Positions 9,890 through 19,029 of a stretch of 64,000 bases of DNA are shown piece by piece. The translations under genes were made by a program, and so were the position numbers. This DNA comes from an uncultured Candidatus Poseidoniales archaeon (GTDB lineage Archaea; Thermoplasmatota; Poseidoniia; Poseidoniales; Thalassarchaeaceae). The stretch's first letter is position 1. The number at the start of each line of letters is the position of its first letter. The notes under the pieces were generated by a model. It made no database searches. It had not been told where the DNA came from and saw nothing but the letters and a program-made list of their open reading frames with translations. The DNA lies in assembly GCA_963968165.1 (NCBI GenBank), contig CAXAFE010000005.1:24047-88046 (forward strand), in the 5' to 3' direction.

Positions 9890-10945
9890 GTGTCAGTTAA
9901 GGGTGGGCCAAACTCTGAGGTAAGAAAAATTCAGCTTACTGGAGGTTCATCCTATATAGTCAGTCTTCCTAAAAAATGGATTACTGAGCATGGATTGGAG
10001 GCTAAAGATGAAGTAAGAATTGAATGGCGTCCATCAGGTACTCTAAGGGTTATTGCAGATGCGTCAAAAGTTGTTAGAAACAGGATGGTTGAAATAAATT
10101 GTAGAGAAATACCTGATCATATGATTTTCGATCATTTAGTCGCGGCTTATTTATCCGGTGCAAATAAGATTATTATCTATTCAAAAAATGATTTTTCCAG
10201 GAAACAGAGTAAAATCTTTCGTAATTTCATCAAGTCAACTAGAGGTTTAGAGATTGCGAATGACCAAGGAAATAAGTTGGAAATGATTAGTTTATTGAAT
10301 CCTTCAGAAATGCCATTATATTCTAGTATAAATAGAATGTATTTGTTGATTTCAAGACAAGTAATAGATTTTTCAGACGTACTAATTGGAGGTGATTTAG
10401 ACATTCTAGAAGATTCAGCAGAAAGGGAAGCTGAAGTTGACGCATTAAGGCTTCTTTTGGAAAGGCAGGTAGGGCAAATTCTAGAGTTTTCTACTATTGA
10501 AGATTCTCTCGGGACATCGAGATGGGAGGCTTCTGAATTATGCAAGTTGGTTAGAACTCTAGAAAGAATGGGTGATCATAGTTTTGCTTTATGCGATTTA
10601 GCTAATTCTTACAAGTTCCCTAAATCAATCAGCATGACTTCTCTGCCGATTTCAGTAATACCTATCTGGCAAATGTCAATAAAGCTACTGATTTCTAATC
10701 TTAGAAAAAGAAAAATCTCAGAAATACATACAGCAAAATCTCAACTCATCTCAGCGCAAAAAGATTTATTGCAATACGAAGAAGAACTGAGATCTAGTAT
10801 TATCGATATTCAAGACGCATTATTTTTAGATAGAGTATCTGAGTCATTAAGGAGAATTTGTGCTTATTCAATTAATATGGCTGAAATTTTAATGAACATC
10901 CAAACTCATAGAGATTCCAAACAAACATACCATAATCAAAATTAA
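9890..10945 (+). CDS. Phosphate uptake regulator: SpoVT/AbrB DNA-binding domain + PhoU repeats
   Basis: RKIQLTGGSSYIVSLPKKWITEHGLEAKDEV is an AbrB-type domain, followed by two PhoU-like helical repeats. I place the start at GTG 9890; the 45 extra codons of the track ORF (from 9755) translate the AT-rich promoter and overlap the PiT gene. Confidence 0.75.
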   Translation: MSVKGGPNSEVRKIQLTGGSSYIVSLPKKWITEHGLEAKDEVRIEWRPSGTLRVIADASKVVRNRMVEINCREIPDHMIFDHLVAAYLSGANKIIIYSKNDFSRKQSKIFRNFIKSTRGLEIANDQGNKLEMISLLNPSEMPLYSSINRMYLLISRQVIDFSDVLIGGDLDILEDSAEREAEVDALRLLLERQVGQILEFSTIEDSLGTSRWEASELCKLVRTLERMGDHSFALCDLANSYKFPKSISMTSLPISVIPIWQMSIKLLISNLRKRKISEIHTAKSQLISAQKDLLQYEEELRSSIIDIQDALFLDRVSESLRRICAYSINMAEILMNIQTHRDSKQTYHNQN

Positions 10946-10951
10946 TCCTAA

Positions 10952-10960
10952 TTTTTTTTT
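10952..10960 (+). terminator. Oligo-T tract (T9) right after the PhoU regulator stop; candidate archaeal terminator
   Basis: TTTTTTTTT followed by A8, 6 nt after the TAA at 10943-10945. Confidence 0.4.
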
Positions 10961-11037
10961 AAAAAAAACCACAACATAATATGCTATGCGGTTCAGGGTT
11001 ATATATCCATTAATTGATAATTGGTTGGAGTTTTAAT

Positions 11038-11772
11038 ATGTCAAAATCTGGAATATTGATTGCAGTTGAAGGAATGGATGGCTCTGGAAAGAGTACACAA
11101 GCAAAACTACTTTATCACTGGCTACGAGCAAAAGGACTTCCAGTTTATCACACCGAATGGAACTCTAGTAAAATTGTAAAACAAGCTACAAAATTGGGTA
11201 AAAATGAACAAAGACTTTCACCAATTACATTCCATCTTATCCATGCCGCTGATTTCGCAGATAGGTGGGCAAAGCAAATAGAGCCAGTATTGAAAATTGG
11301 AGGGATAGTGATATGTGATCGATATAAATATACTGCAATGGCAAGAGATGGATCTAGAGGTGTTCCACTAGATAAAATAGAAAAAACCTACTCCTTTGCC
11401 AGAGAGCCCGATTTGACAATATACTTTGATGTGCCAGTAGATGTCAGCTATGAAAGAATTGCAAAAGGAAGGCCAAATCTAAAATTTTATGAGGCAGGAA
11501 TGGATATGAATTGGTCTCAAGATATATTTGAATCATATCGTATTTTCCAATCAAAGGTTTCTGAAATATACAACTTACTTGTTCGAGAGCAAAGAATAGA
11601 GCGTTTAGATGCAACAGGAACCGTCCCCGAAGTCCAAAAAAGAACAAGAGTTTTATTTGAAAATAAAATAGATTTATCTGAAATATTTGTCATAGATCAT
11701 GCTGATAGACTAGCAGAAAACCTGAGTAAATCAGATATAGACTGGTTAAGCTATCGCCAAGGAGTTGAATAA
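11038..11772 (+). CDS. tmk: Thymidylate kinase (dTMP kinase)
   Basis: P-loop VEGMDGSGKST; DRY-type motif ICDRYKYT. ATG at 11038 is preceded by GGTTGGAG; the track start 11014 is less likely. Confidence 0.75.
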   Translation: MSKSGILIAVEGMDGSGKSTQAKLLYHWLRAKGLPVYHTEWNSSKIVKQATKLGKNEQRLSPITFHLIHAADFADRWAKQIEPVLKIGGIVICDRYKYTAMARDGSRGVPLDKIEKTYSFAREPDLTIYFDVPVDVSYERIAKGRPNLKFYEAGMDMNWSQDIFESYRIFQSKVSEIYNLLVREQRIERLDATGTVPEVQKRTRVLFENKIDLSEIFVIDHADRLAENLSKSDIDWLSYRQGVE

Positions 11773-12441
11773 TTGAAATATCCAGGAAAATTAATTGTGA
11801 TAGAAGGTCCCGATCAAGTCGGTCGAAGCCTCCATGCAAGATTATTATCTGCAAGACTCGAAGCCCACGGCGTAGCAACTCACAATATAGGATTAGCACG
11901 TTCAAAATTGATGGGAGAATTATTAAAATCACACACAAGTGATATCCATCAATTAAATTGGCGAACTAGGGCGTTGCTGTATGCAACAGATTTACATGAT
12001 CAAATTAATAATGATATCCAGCCGCTACTCAATGCAGGTTTTGTCATCATCGCTGATAGATATGATATTACTCCAACAATCAGGGAAAAAGTAAGAGGGG
12101 GCGACTCAAAATGGATAAGGGAACTATACTCTGACGTACCTGTACCTGATTCTGTATTAATCCTTCATTGCGGCCCTAGAAGATTATTAAACAGAATAAT
12201 GTTTGGTGAAAAATTAGAAACATTAAATCATTTTGAATCAGGCATGGATTTAGCATTATCAACTTCAATTACTTCTTCATTTCTTTCATATCAAAAATTA
12301 ATGAGGAATGAATTTGAAATCATGGGTTCAGAATTAGGTGCAATCATGATTCCAACCAGAGGAACCGTGGAAACCGTACATGATGACATATGGAATCAAA
12401 TTCAACCAATAATTGGCGACTTGTGCCAACCAATTAATTAA
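11773..12441 (+). CDS. Thymidylate-kinase-like paralog with degenerate P-loop
   Basis: Same fold signatures (LIVIEGPDQVGRS, IIADRYDIT), but the P-loop reads GPDQVGRS (Gly to Gln, Lys to Arg). The TTG start directly abuts the tmk stop codon. Confidence 0.6.
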   Translation: MKYPGKLIVIEGPDQVGRSLHARLLSARLEAHGVATHNIGLARSKLMGELLKSHTSDIHQLNWRTRALLYATDLHDQINNDIQPLLNAGFVIIADRYDITPTIREKVRGGDSKWIRELYSDVPVPDSVLILHCGPRRLLNRIMFGEKLETLNHFESGMDLALSTSITSSFLSYQKLMRNEFEIMGSELGAIMIPTRGTVETVHDDIWNQIQPIIGDLCQPIN

Positions 12442-13891
12442 TATAATTCATAATTGTAACGATTAATTCTGCTTGTGTCAGGTAAATCAATAATCCTACT
12501 CCAGCAAATATCATCATCCAAGAACCAATATTCTTAATCATTAATGATGATTTTCTCAATATTCCTATCATGCCCTTTTTCCCAAAGCCAACTAGTACTA
12601 CAACAGTTATCATAAGTGAAGTGACCGATATTATTAATCCCATAATGCCCGAAATAAAAGCCTCCTGACTTATGGTGATTAACCATGCCATGAATGGAAA
12701 AACTGCGGCAGCAGTACAATCCACAGATGCCGCAGAATAACCAATTCCCCATAGATACATATTCCTTCGAGGAGTAAATACTTGATCACGTTCTGAATTT
12801 TGATATTTATCCAATACTTTTTGTAATTTTGATAATATATTTGAATTCCACCCAAGGAGCATAAAAAAACCAAGAGTCGTCAATATCAATGCAACAAATA
12901 CGGCAACTTCATGTAAAAATCCAGATATATTAAAAATCCCATTTAGGCCGAATATGATCACTCCAATTACAAGGAAAAATGTTAATTGCCCTAATGCTGC
13001 AAACCCTCCTACTTCAAAGGAATTAGGAATTCTTCCGGATAATTTACCATTATTAATTAACTCATCTTCTCTTAGGCTTAAATTTAGATAATAGGTAATA
13101 AAAGATGGCAATACTGGAAACGCACATGGGCTAAAATACACTAATATACCTATAAATAATCCTATTAGAAATACTCCAATAACCGAATCATCACTTTTAG
13201 ATAAGCCAAAACGTAATTCTTCAGCTTGACCAATATTAGCTAATTCTACAGCAGAATCCAAAGATTTCCACTGATCCAATGGGAATCCAGTATTCTCTCG
13301 GGCAACAGCAAATCCTTCATGATCAATAACCAAAACATATGGTGGTAATCTGACATTATAGTACTCCAAAATATCGCCCCGCGCCTCGTCTAATATTATG
13401 GCATCTGAACTACCATTAGCTACAGTCCAACGCATGAATTTATCCGAATTTTCATGCCCAAATGTTTTATTTATTTGGTCAAATGTCTCGAGAGAATACC
13501 ATGAGGCAATTGATATAACTATTACTGGATATTGACCGTTCAAACTATTCCAATTATCTAATTCTTGATCTATATGCTCTTGGACTAAGTGGCAATTACT
13601 ACAATCTATGGCCATGAAATCTAATACTACTACATTTCCTCGAAGATCTGATAGTTTTATTATCCCGTCTCCGTCTTTATCTATGATGTCATCGATGCCC
13701 GTTCGATTCATCGTAGCAACTTCAAAATCTGGAGTTGTTTGAACACTTTCAGAAATTCCATATGTTGATGTTGATAAATTGAATAATGATAGTGAAGAGT
13801 ATCCAATGATACTGAATAATACTAATGCAATAAAAAATGATTTCCAAGTATCATTATGTTTCAATATACTGAAGTCCAGTTCATTGATCAC
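12434..13891 (-). CDS. DsbD-like thiol:disulfide protein: external thioredoxin/redoxin domain (CSNC) fused to a CcdA/DsbD membrane core
   Basis: N-terminal TM, then a redoxin fold (VVVLDFMAIDCSNCHLV). The C-terminal polytopic part has membrane-embedded Cys in FSPCAFPVLP and SVDCTAAAVFPF, as in CcdA. Confidence 0.75.
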   Translation of the reverse strand: MINELDFSILKHNDTWKSFFIALVLFSIIGYSSLSLFNLSTSTYGISESVQTTPDFEVATMNRTGIDDIIDKDGDGIIKLSDLRGNVVVLDFMAIDCSNCHLVQEHIDQELDNWNSLNGQYPVIVISIASWYSLETFDQINKTFGHENSDKFMRWTVANGSSDAIILDEARGDILEYYNVRLPPYVLVIDHEGFAVARENTGFPLDQWKSLDSAVELANIGQAEELRFGLSKSDDSVIGVFLIGLFIGILVYFSPCAFPVLPSFITYYLNLSLREDELINNGKLSGRIPNSFEVGGFAALGQLTFFLVIGVIIFGLNGIFNISGFLHEVAVFVALILTTLGFFMLLGWNSNILSKLQKVLDKYQNSERDQVFTPRRNMYLWGIGYSAASVDCTAAAVFPFMAWLITISQEAFISGIMGLIISVTSLMITVVVLVGFGKKGMIGILRKSSLMIKNIGSWMMIFAGVGLLIYLTQAELIVTIMNYIN

Positions 13892-13934
13892 GCTAACTCC
13901 ATCGAGCCTCTACTTTTGATTACTGTGAAGGATA

Positions 13935-14720
13935 TTATTCCCATCCAACTTCCTTCGCTATTTCTTCAGCACCCCTAGCAGATATAATTTCAAGGACTGG
14001 CTCATAAATTCTCCATGCAATAACTCCTACTATTAATCCAGTAAATAAATCAAACATATAGTGTTGCTTTGTTGTTAAAATACTGACACATAATAACACC
14101 CATTCAATCCAAAGGGCTACTAAAAATAGATAAGAAAATTTATTTTCTGAGTAATTATTCTTTATCCAGTACGTCATTAATCGTGCTAAGCAATATGAAT
14201 GAACAATATGTAAACTGGGCCATGCGTTCCATGGTTTATCAGAAGTATGTATAAACTCAAAAAGTAAAACTTCTAAATTATTCATAGAATCCCAGTTAAT
14301 TGCATCTCTCATATCGATTTCAGCAGGAAAGATCAGAAAGAAAACTACACAAATTATATTTGCAAGAATCAACATCTGCATCGCGCTAATAAGCTCCATT
14401 CTTCCCTTGTCATTTCTTGGTGCCAATAGTAATGTTACTGGATAAAATAAATATAATGCAGCATAGGGAATTATCATCCAATTTATTACTGGTATAGATC
14501 TATCATATGAGTTCTCAGGAAATGTTTTGAAAGTATCTTCTAGATACAGATTAGCAATATTATTTGATCCAAAATATGGTACGGCAATAAATATTGCTCC
14601 AAATATAAAAATTTCTAAAATAAACCAATTTCCAGAAAAATTATTCCGTCTTTTCCAGGTATAATGCCAGAATCTTTTCCAAGGCATCATCAATTTAGAT
14701 GTCAAGCCCGCACTATTCAC
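13935..14720 (-). CDS. PAP2-superfamily membrane protein (lipid phosphatase / phosphotransferase-like)
   Basis: About 6 TM; WPSLHIVHS and TKQHYMFDLFTG resemble PAP2 motifs C2 (S-x-H) and C3 (H-x3-D). Confidence 0.5.
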   Translation of the reverse strand: MNSAGLTSKLMMPWKRFWHYTWKRRNNFSGNWFILEIFIFGAIFIAVPYFGSNNIANLYLEDTFKTFPENSYDRSIPVINWMIIPYAALYLFYPVTLLLAPRNDKGRMELISAMQMLILANIICVVFFLIFPAEIDMRDAINWDSMNNLEVLLFEFIHTSDKPWNAWPSLHIVHSYCLARLMTYWIKNNYSENKFSYLFLVALWIEWVLLCVSILTTKQHYMFDLFTGLIVGVIAWRIYEPVLEIISARGAEEIAKEVGWE

Positions 14721-14750
14721 TCCTATACCTAATAGTTGGCATATATGAGA

Positions 14751-15377
14751 TTAATTACTTAATTCATTATTATCGGTTCGTAAATGAATTATTCTATCTG
14801 CTATTTTGTTAGCAATATTTGAATCGTGGGTGACATATATCGCAGATATATCTAAATTTTTAAGTAAAATTTTTACTTCTTCTGCTAATTCTTCTTTAAT
14901 GGCTGCATCAAGACTTGAGAAAGGCTCATCCAGCAATATCATTTTCGGCCTAGCAATCAATGATCTAGCCAAAGCAACCCTTTGAGCCTCTCCTCCTGAC
15001 AATGTTTGAATTTTACGTTTTTCGAAACCCTTTAGCCCTACCAAATCTAACATATTAGAAATTTCTATTATTTCAAATCCCGGAGGTAAGCCGAATTTCA
15101 GATTGCCATATACATTAAGATGTGGAAATAATGCTAAATTTTGAAAAACCATTCCTATTCCTCTCTTTTCCGGAGGAATATTTTTTAAATTTTGACCATT
15201 AAAGATTATTTCTCCAGAATTAGGTTTTTCCAGACCAGATATTATTTTTAATAATGTAGATTTTCCTGAGCCCGAAGGCCCGAGTAATGCAACAATTTCA
15301 CCAGTATTCACTTTAAGATTGAAATTTATCAATAATTTATCTGAATATGTTTTATTAATTTTTTCGCATATTAGCAT
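14751..15377 (-). CDS. thiQ: ABC transporter ATPase, ThiQ-like (thiamine import)
   Basis: GPSGSGKST, LSGGEAQRVALARSL, ILLDEPFSSLD. Short form (208 aa) with no C-terminal regulatory domain, as in ThiQ; operon context with ThiP/ThiB-like genes. Confidence 0.7.
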   Translation of the reverse strand: MLICEKINKTYSDKLLINFNLKVNTGEIVALLGPSGSGKSTLLKIISGLEKPNSGEIIFNGQNLKNIPPEKRGIGMVFQNLALFPHLNVYGNLKFGLPPGFEIIEISNMLDLVGLKGFEKRKIQTLSGGEAQRVALARSLIARPKMILLDEPFSSLDAAIKEELAEEVKILLKNLDISAIYVTHDSNIANKIADRIIHLRTDNNELSN

Positions 15378-17038
15378 TAAAACTCTCCTCCGCCACCAAC
15401 GGGCCTAAACCTCTCTACACACATAAACAATATTAATGTCATTAAAAGCAAAACTGTACCTGCAGAGTTAGCTGCAGACCTAACGACTGGATCGAACCCT
15501 GGACGACTGAGTATGTCTCCAATCATAACTGGTAGGGTCGTAAATTCCGTAAATCTAAGAACGACCCATGATGCCCCAAACTCACCTAATGATATAGCAA
15601 ATACTAAACTCGAAGAAACTAAAATCGAGGGAATCAACATTGGAATCTTTATTTTATATATTCTCTCAAGATGTCCCGCCCCGAGTAGTGCCGCAGACAT
15701 TTCATAATCGGGATTAAGATTACGAAATGCAGGTAATAAAACTCTAACTACAAATGGAGTAGTCAACATTAAATGGCCATAAATTGGTATCCACCACGAC
15801 CTCACTATCTCTGGATCAGTTCTTATTATTCCGACCAAAACTCCTAGCCCCACCATAACTGCAGATAAGGCGAGAGGTAGCATTACAATCACATCTAAAA
15901 TTATTGCATATGTTGTATTCCCACTTCTTTCTAATTCATTTATGGTATCTGAAAGTATAAATCCTATCGGCAAAGCAATTAAAACAGTAATAATGGCATA
16001 TTTAATCGATGAAAAGACTGCCTGATACATATTTGTTGGTGAATGAGTACCTCCAAAAGCTGCACTCCAACCTCTTGTTGACCATGCCATTTCATCGCCA
16101 TTTCTAATAAAAAATGAAGATGAAATTAATGATAATAAAGGCAGTATAATTAAGATTAACATGATTAATATATAGATCCCCCGTATACTAAAGAATGATT
16201 TTTCAATTCTCTTATCATCTAGACTTGAAATGTGATGACTAAATGATTTTGATTGTAGTTTTGATGATATTGCCAAAGCTATAATTATTACAGCCAATTG
16301 AATGCTCGATGAAGCAAGGATAATTTCGGAAGGAACTCTTCCCAAGGCCGGAATGTCAACTCCAGCCCACTCTGCCTGATTAGACATTACTACTTCCAAA
16401 TTTCTCTTACTAGGAATTAAAAATTTCACCAATGCAAAAGATGTGAATGAAAAAATGAAGATTAAAGACGCAGATGCTATGATATTTGGCCAAAGAAGGG
16501 GCCACCAAAGATTTTTTAATCTCCTAAATTTAGTATTTCCTTTTGGTAGAAGTGATGCAGATTCTTCATAAGAAGAATCAATAGTCGAAAGAATGGGCTC
16601 ACAAAATCTTATAACTAACGCTAAATTAAACCACGCATGCGAGAATAGTAGTGCATAGAGTCTTAATTGCTGAGAATCATTAATTCCTAGATATAATTCA
16701 AACCAATCTAAAAGTGATAAAAAACCCATTGCAACTAATATGGATGGCATAACAAAAGGTACAGTAAATATACTTCTAAGTAAATTACTATATTTCCATT
16801 TATATCTACCTAAATTCCAAGCCAATGGGACTCCTAGTATTAAAGTTAAAATTGTAGAGTAAGATGCAATTAAAAATGTAAATTGCATAGATCCTTGTGT
16901 TTGAAATCTGTTATCAAAATCCATTATTGTCTCAAATACATTTCTTTCCGCAATAAAATCAAGCTGTTGAAAAGCAATAATTGGTGGCCCAATAACAAGG
17001 GCAGACCAAATTAGAATAATTAATATTTTTAATCGCAT
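15377..17038 (-). CDS. thiP: ABC transporter permease with duplicated transmembrane domain, ThiP-like
   Basis: 553 aa, about 12 TM, two tandem binding-protein-dependent permease modules. 1-nt overlap with thiQ. Confidence 0.7.
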   Translation of the reverse strand: MRLKILIILIWSALVIGPPIIAFQQLDFIAERNVFETIMDFDNRFQTQGSMQFTFLIASYSTILTLILGVPLAWNLGRYKWKYSNLLRSIFTVPFVMPSILVAMGFLSLLDWFELYLGINDSQQLRLYALLFSHAWFNLALVIRFCEPILSTIDSSYEESASLLPKGNTKFRRLKNLWWPLLWPNIIASASLIFIFSFTSFALVKFLIPSKRNLEVVMSNQAEWAGVDIPALGRVPSEIILASSSIQLAVIIIALAISSKLQSKSFSHHISSLDDKRIEKSFFSIRGIYILIMLILIILPLLSLISSSFFIRNGDEMAWSTRGWSAAFGGTHSPTNMYQAVFSSIKYAIITVLIALPIGFILSDTINELERSGNTTYAIILDVIVMLPLALSAVMVGLGVLVGIIRTDPEIVRSWWIPIYGHLMLTTPFVVRVLLPAFRNLNPDYEMSAALLGAGHLERIYKIKIPMLIPSILVSSSLVFAISLGEFGASWVVLRFTEFTTLPVMIGDILSRPGFDPVVRSAANSAGTVLLLMTLILFMCVERFRPVGGGGEF

Positions 17039-17047
17039 ACAATATAC

Positions 17048-18181
17048 TCAAACCATTGCGGTATCCCATTCATCTAACCAATTTACGATATTATCATTAA
17101 TTTCTGAAATTTCAATTTCGCAATCAACAGGCACTACTGAGTGCCACCTATATCCCGAATCTTCAATTATATCTCCTCCAATTATGGCTGGATACATCCA
17201 ATTTATAGTTGACATTTGAGAATTTATCTCATTAGAAACTAACCAATCTACAAATATATTTGCAGATACTTGTTCATCGGTTCCTTTAAGCATAGAAATA
17301 TATTCAATCTGTGAAAATGAGGCTCCATTTATATTCAAAGCCACTGAAGTTGTCCAATTATCTCCATAATAAGCCTCAACTCCTGGTGAGTGACAATATG
17401 AAACAACTGCATGCGCATCTCCTATGAAACCATCTCCCCATTGGCCATAACCTCCTGAGTAGTGTGATTCATATGCTGTTGTCCAACTATCTGTAATTAT
17501 CACGTCATTATCTTTCATATTACTCCACCAATCTATATAATTGGTAAGTTCGTCTTCATCATTATTAAAATAATCAACCGTTGAAATGAAGAACGCTCTT
17601 CCAGGACTACTTGTCCTCGGATTCTCTATTGCAATCTTTCCATTCCAGTCGGGGCTAGTAAAATCCCATAAAGAAGTTGGTATACTTATATTTTCACCAT
17701 CGACATATGTGGAATCATAATTAATACAAACACTTCCAACATCCATTGGAATTGCTAAATTACCATCATAAGATGCGAGTGCCCGGCCTGAAAATATTTC
17801 TCTGTTTGTATCTAATTCTTCAAATATATCTGCTTCCAATGCTGTTCCAAGATATGAATTATCTATTCCTACTGATAAGTCGAATAAACCAGTTCCCTTT
17901 GTTTGTATAGCCATTGAGAGAACGCCTCCTGCATCTCCGGACCTTGTTATCTCAATATTAATTCCAGTATCATTTGTAAATTGATTTAGTAAATCTTGAC
18001 TCATCCCAAATGCATCATAAGAAATAATATTTAATGTTATATTCTCTTCGCTCTCATTATCTCTCAAACATCCCGAAAGTACTGAAGAAGTAACAATTAT
18101 ACACAATGTTATAGTTTTTATCATTTTTATTTTTATCATATTAATATTCTCCATTTTTTTCAAAAATTTTATGTTTGACAT
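17048..18181 (-). CDS. thiB: ABC substrate-binding protein, ThiB/TbpA-like, lipobox-type N-terminus
   Basis: Signal/anchor ending VLSGC; ITLNIISYDAFG...FTNDTGINIEITRSGDAG is typical of thiamine/iron-type binding proteins. The start may be an internal Met. Confidence 0.65.
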   Translation of the reverse strand: MSNIKFLKKMENINMIKIKMIKTITLCIIVTSSVLSGCLRDNESEENITLNIISYDAFGMSQDLLNQFTNDTGINIEITRSGDAGGVLSMAIQTKGTGLFDLSVGIDNSYLGTALEADIFEELDTNREIFSGRALASYDGNLAIPMDVGSVCINYDSTYVDGENISIPTSLWDFTSPDWNGKIAIENPRTSSPGRAFFISTVDYFNNDEDELTNYIDWWSNMKDNDVIITDSWTTAYESHYSGGYGQWGDGFIGDAHAVVSYCHSPGVEAYYGDNWTTSVALNINGASFSQIEYISMLKGTDEQVSANIFVDWLVSNEINSQMSTINWMYPAIIGGDIIEDSGYRWHSVVPVDCEIEISEINDNIVNWLDEWDTAMV

Positions 18182-18972
18182 ATTGATATTAGTTGATTGA
18201 CCATTTTAGGCAAATCTTCAACAGTGTCTGATGCTAAATACAGGCTAGGTTCCCAACCGAAATCACCCCTGTCAATTAAGATATTAGCATTTTTACCAGG
18301 TTTACCTTTTGGCGCATCAGATATTTCAAGTCCTAATTTATTTGATAAATCTCTTATTATTATATTATTAGGTAGTTTTAAATTAATTATTACACTAGCA
18401 TTAGAGCCTTTACTACGCAGCGACATTAACACTTCGGATAGGTGCTTACTTGCTCCAATTTGAGGAGGTACTTGTTGGAGAACTTTACCCTTAGATAGCC
18501 TCAACCTACCAGGGAAGGCTAATACTTCTGAATTTTCTTTAACATTTTTCGAACATGCTGCAATATTTATTCCAACTGCAGGAATTAGTTCTTCTGGTAA
18601 TTTTGAAAACAGTCTAATCATTCTGGACATAGAATTGATCAAATGATTATTTACAGAATTACTTCCCTGACCGATCATCGATAAGGAGATTTGTTCCTTT
18701 TCTTCACCAATACTTATTTCAAATGATATATTTTTTGGGACACCCTTCTTAGATAACTGTGAAGATAAAAAAATTGCTATATTATCAATTCCTTGATTAT
18801 CGCCGACAGAACTTAACTCAACAGTCGGCTTTTCTTTCCATCTACTGATGGTACTTTGAGTTGTTCCAAGAACGTTCGCTATCTGGTCCTGCTGCCAACC
18901 ATTTTTTGATAATTCTAATGCAATTTGGGAATGCAAACGAACTTGCCAAAATTGCGCGTTCACACCCAGCAT
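18169..18972 (-). CDS. HTH + ThiN-domain protein (ThiR-like thiamine regulator or ThiN-type thiamine-phosphate synthase)
   Basis: HTH QDQIANVLGTTQSTISRW; ThiN motifs LIPAVGINI, AFPGRL, IGASKHL, IDRGDFGWEP. I prefer ATG 18972 (MLGVNAQ...); the track start 19020 adds 16 AT-rich codons that look like promoter DNA. Confidence 0.65.
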   Translation of the reverse strand: MLGVNAQFWQVRLHSQIALELSKNGWQQDQIANVLGTTQSTISRWKEKPTVELSSVGDNQGIDNIAIFLSSQLSKKGVPKNISFEISIGEEKEQISLSMIGQGSNSVNNHLINSMSRMIRLFSKLPEELIPAVGINIAACSKNVKENSEVLAFPGRLRLSKGKVLQQVPPQIGASKHLSEVLMSLRSKGSNASVIINLKLPNNIIIRDLSNKLGLEISDAPKGKPGKNANILIDRGDFGWEPSLYLASDTVEDLPKMVNQLISICQT

Positions 18973-18998
18973 GTTGTGTGCAATATCAAGTATTATAT

Positions 18999-19024
18999 CA
19001 ATATGCATATTAATATGCAATATG
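18999..19024. promoter_or_regulatory. Candidate operator/promoter of the thiR-thiBPQ operon: 12-bp perfect palindrome AATATGCATATT plus AATATGCA direct repeats
   Basis: AATATGCATATT at 19000-19011 is self-complementary. AATATGCA recurs at 19012-19019. On the minus strand a TATAA element sits about 25 nt before ATG 18972. Confidence 0.3.
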
Positions 19025-19029
19025 TATAA

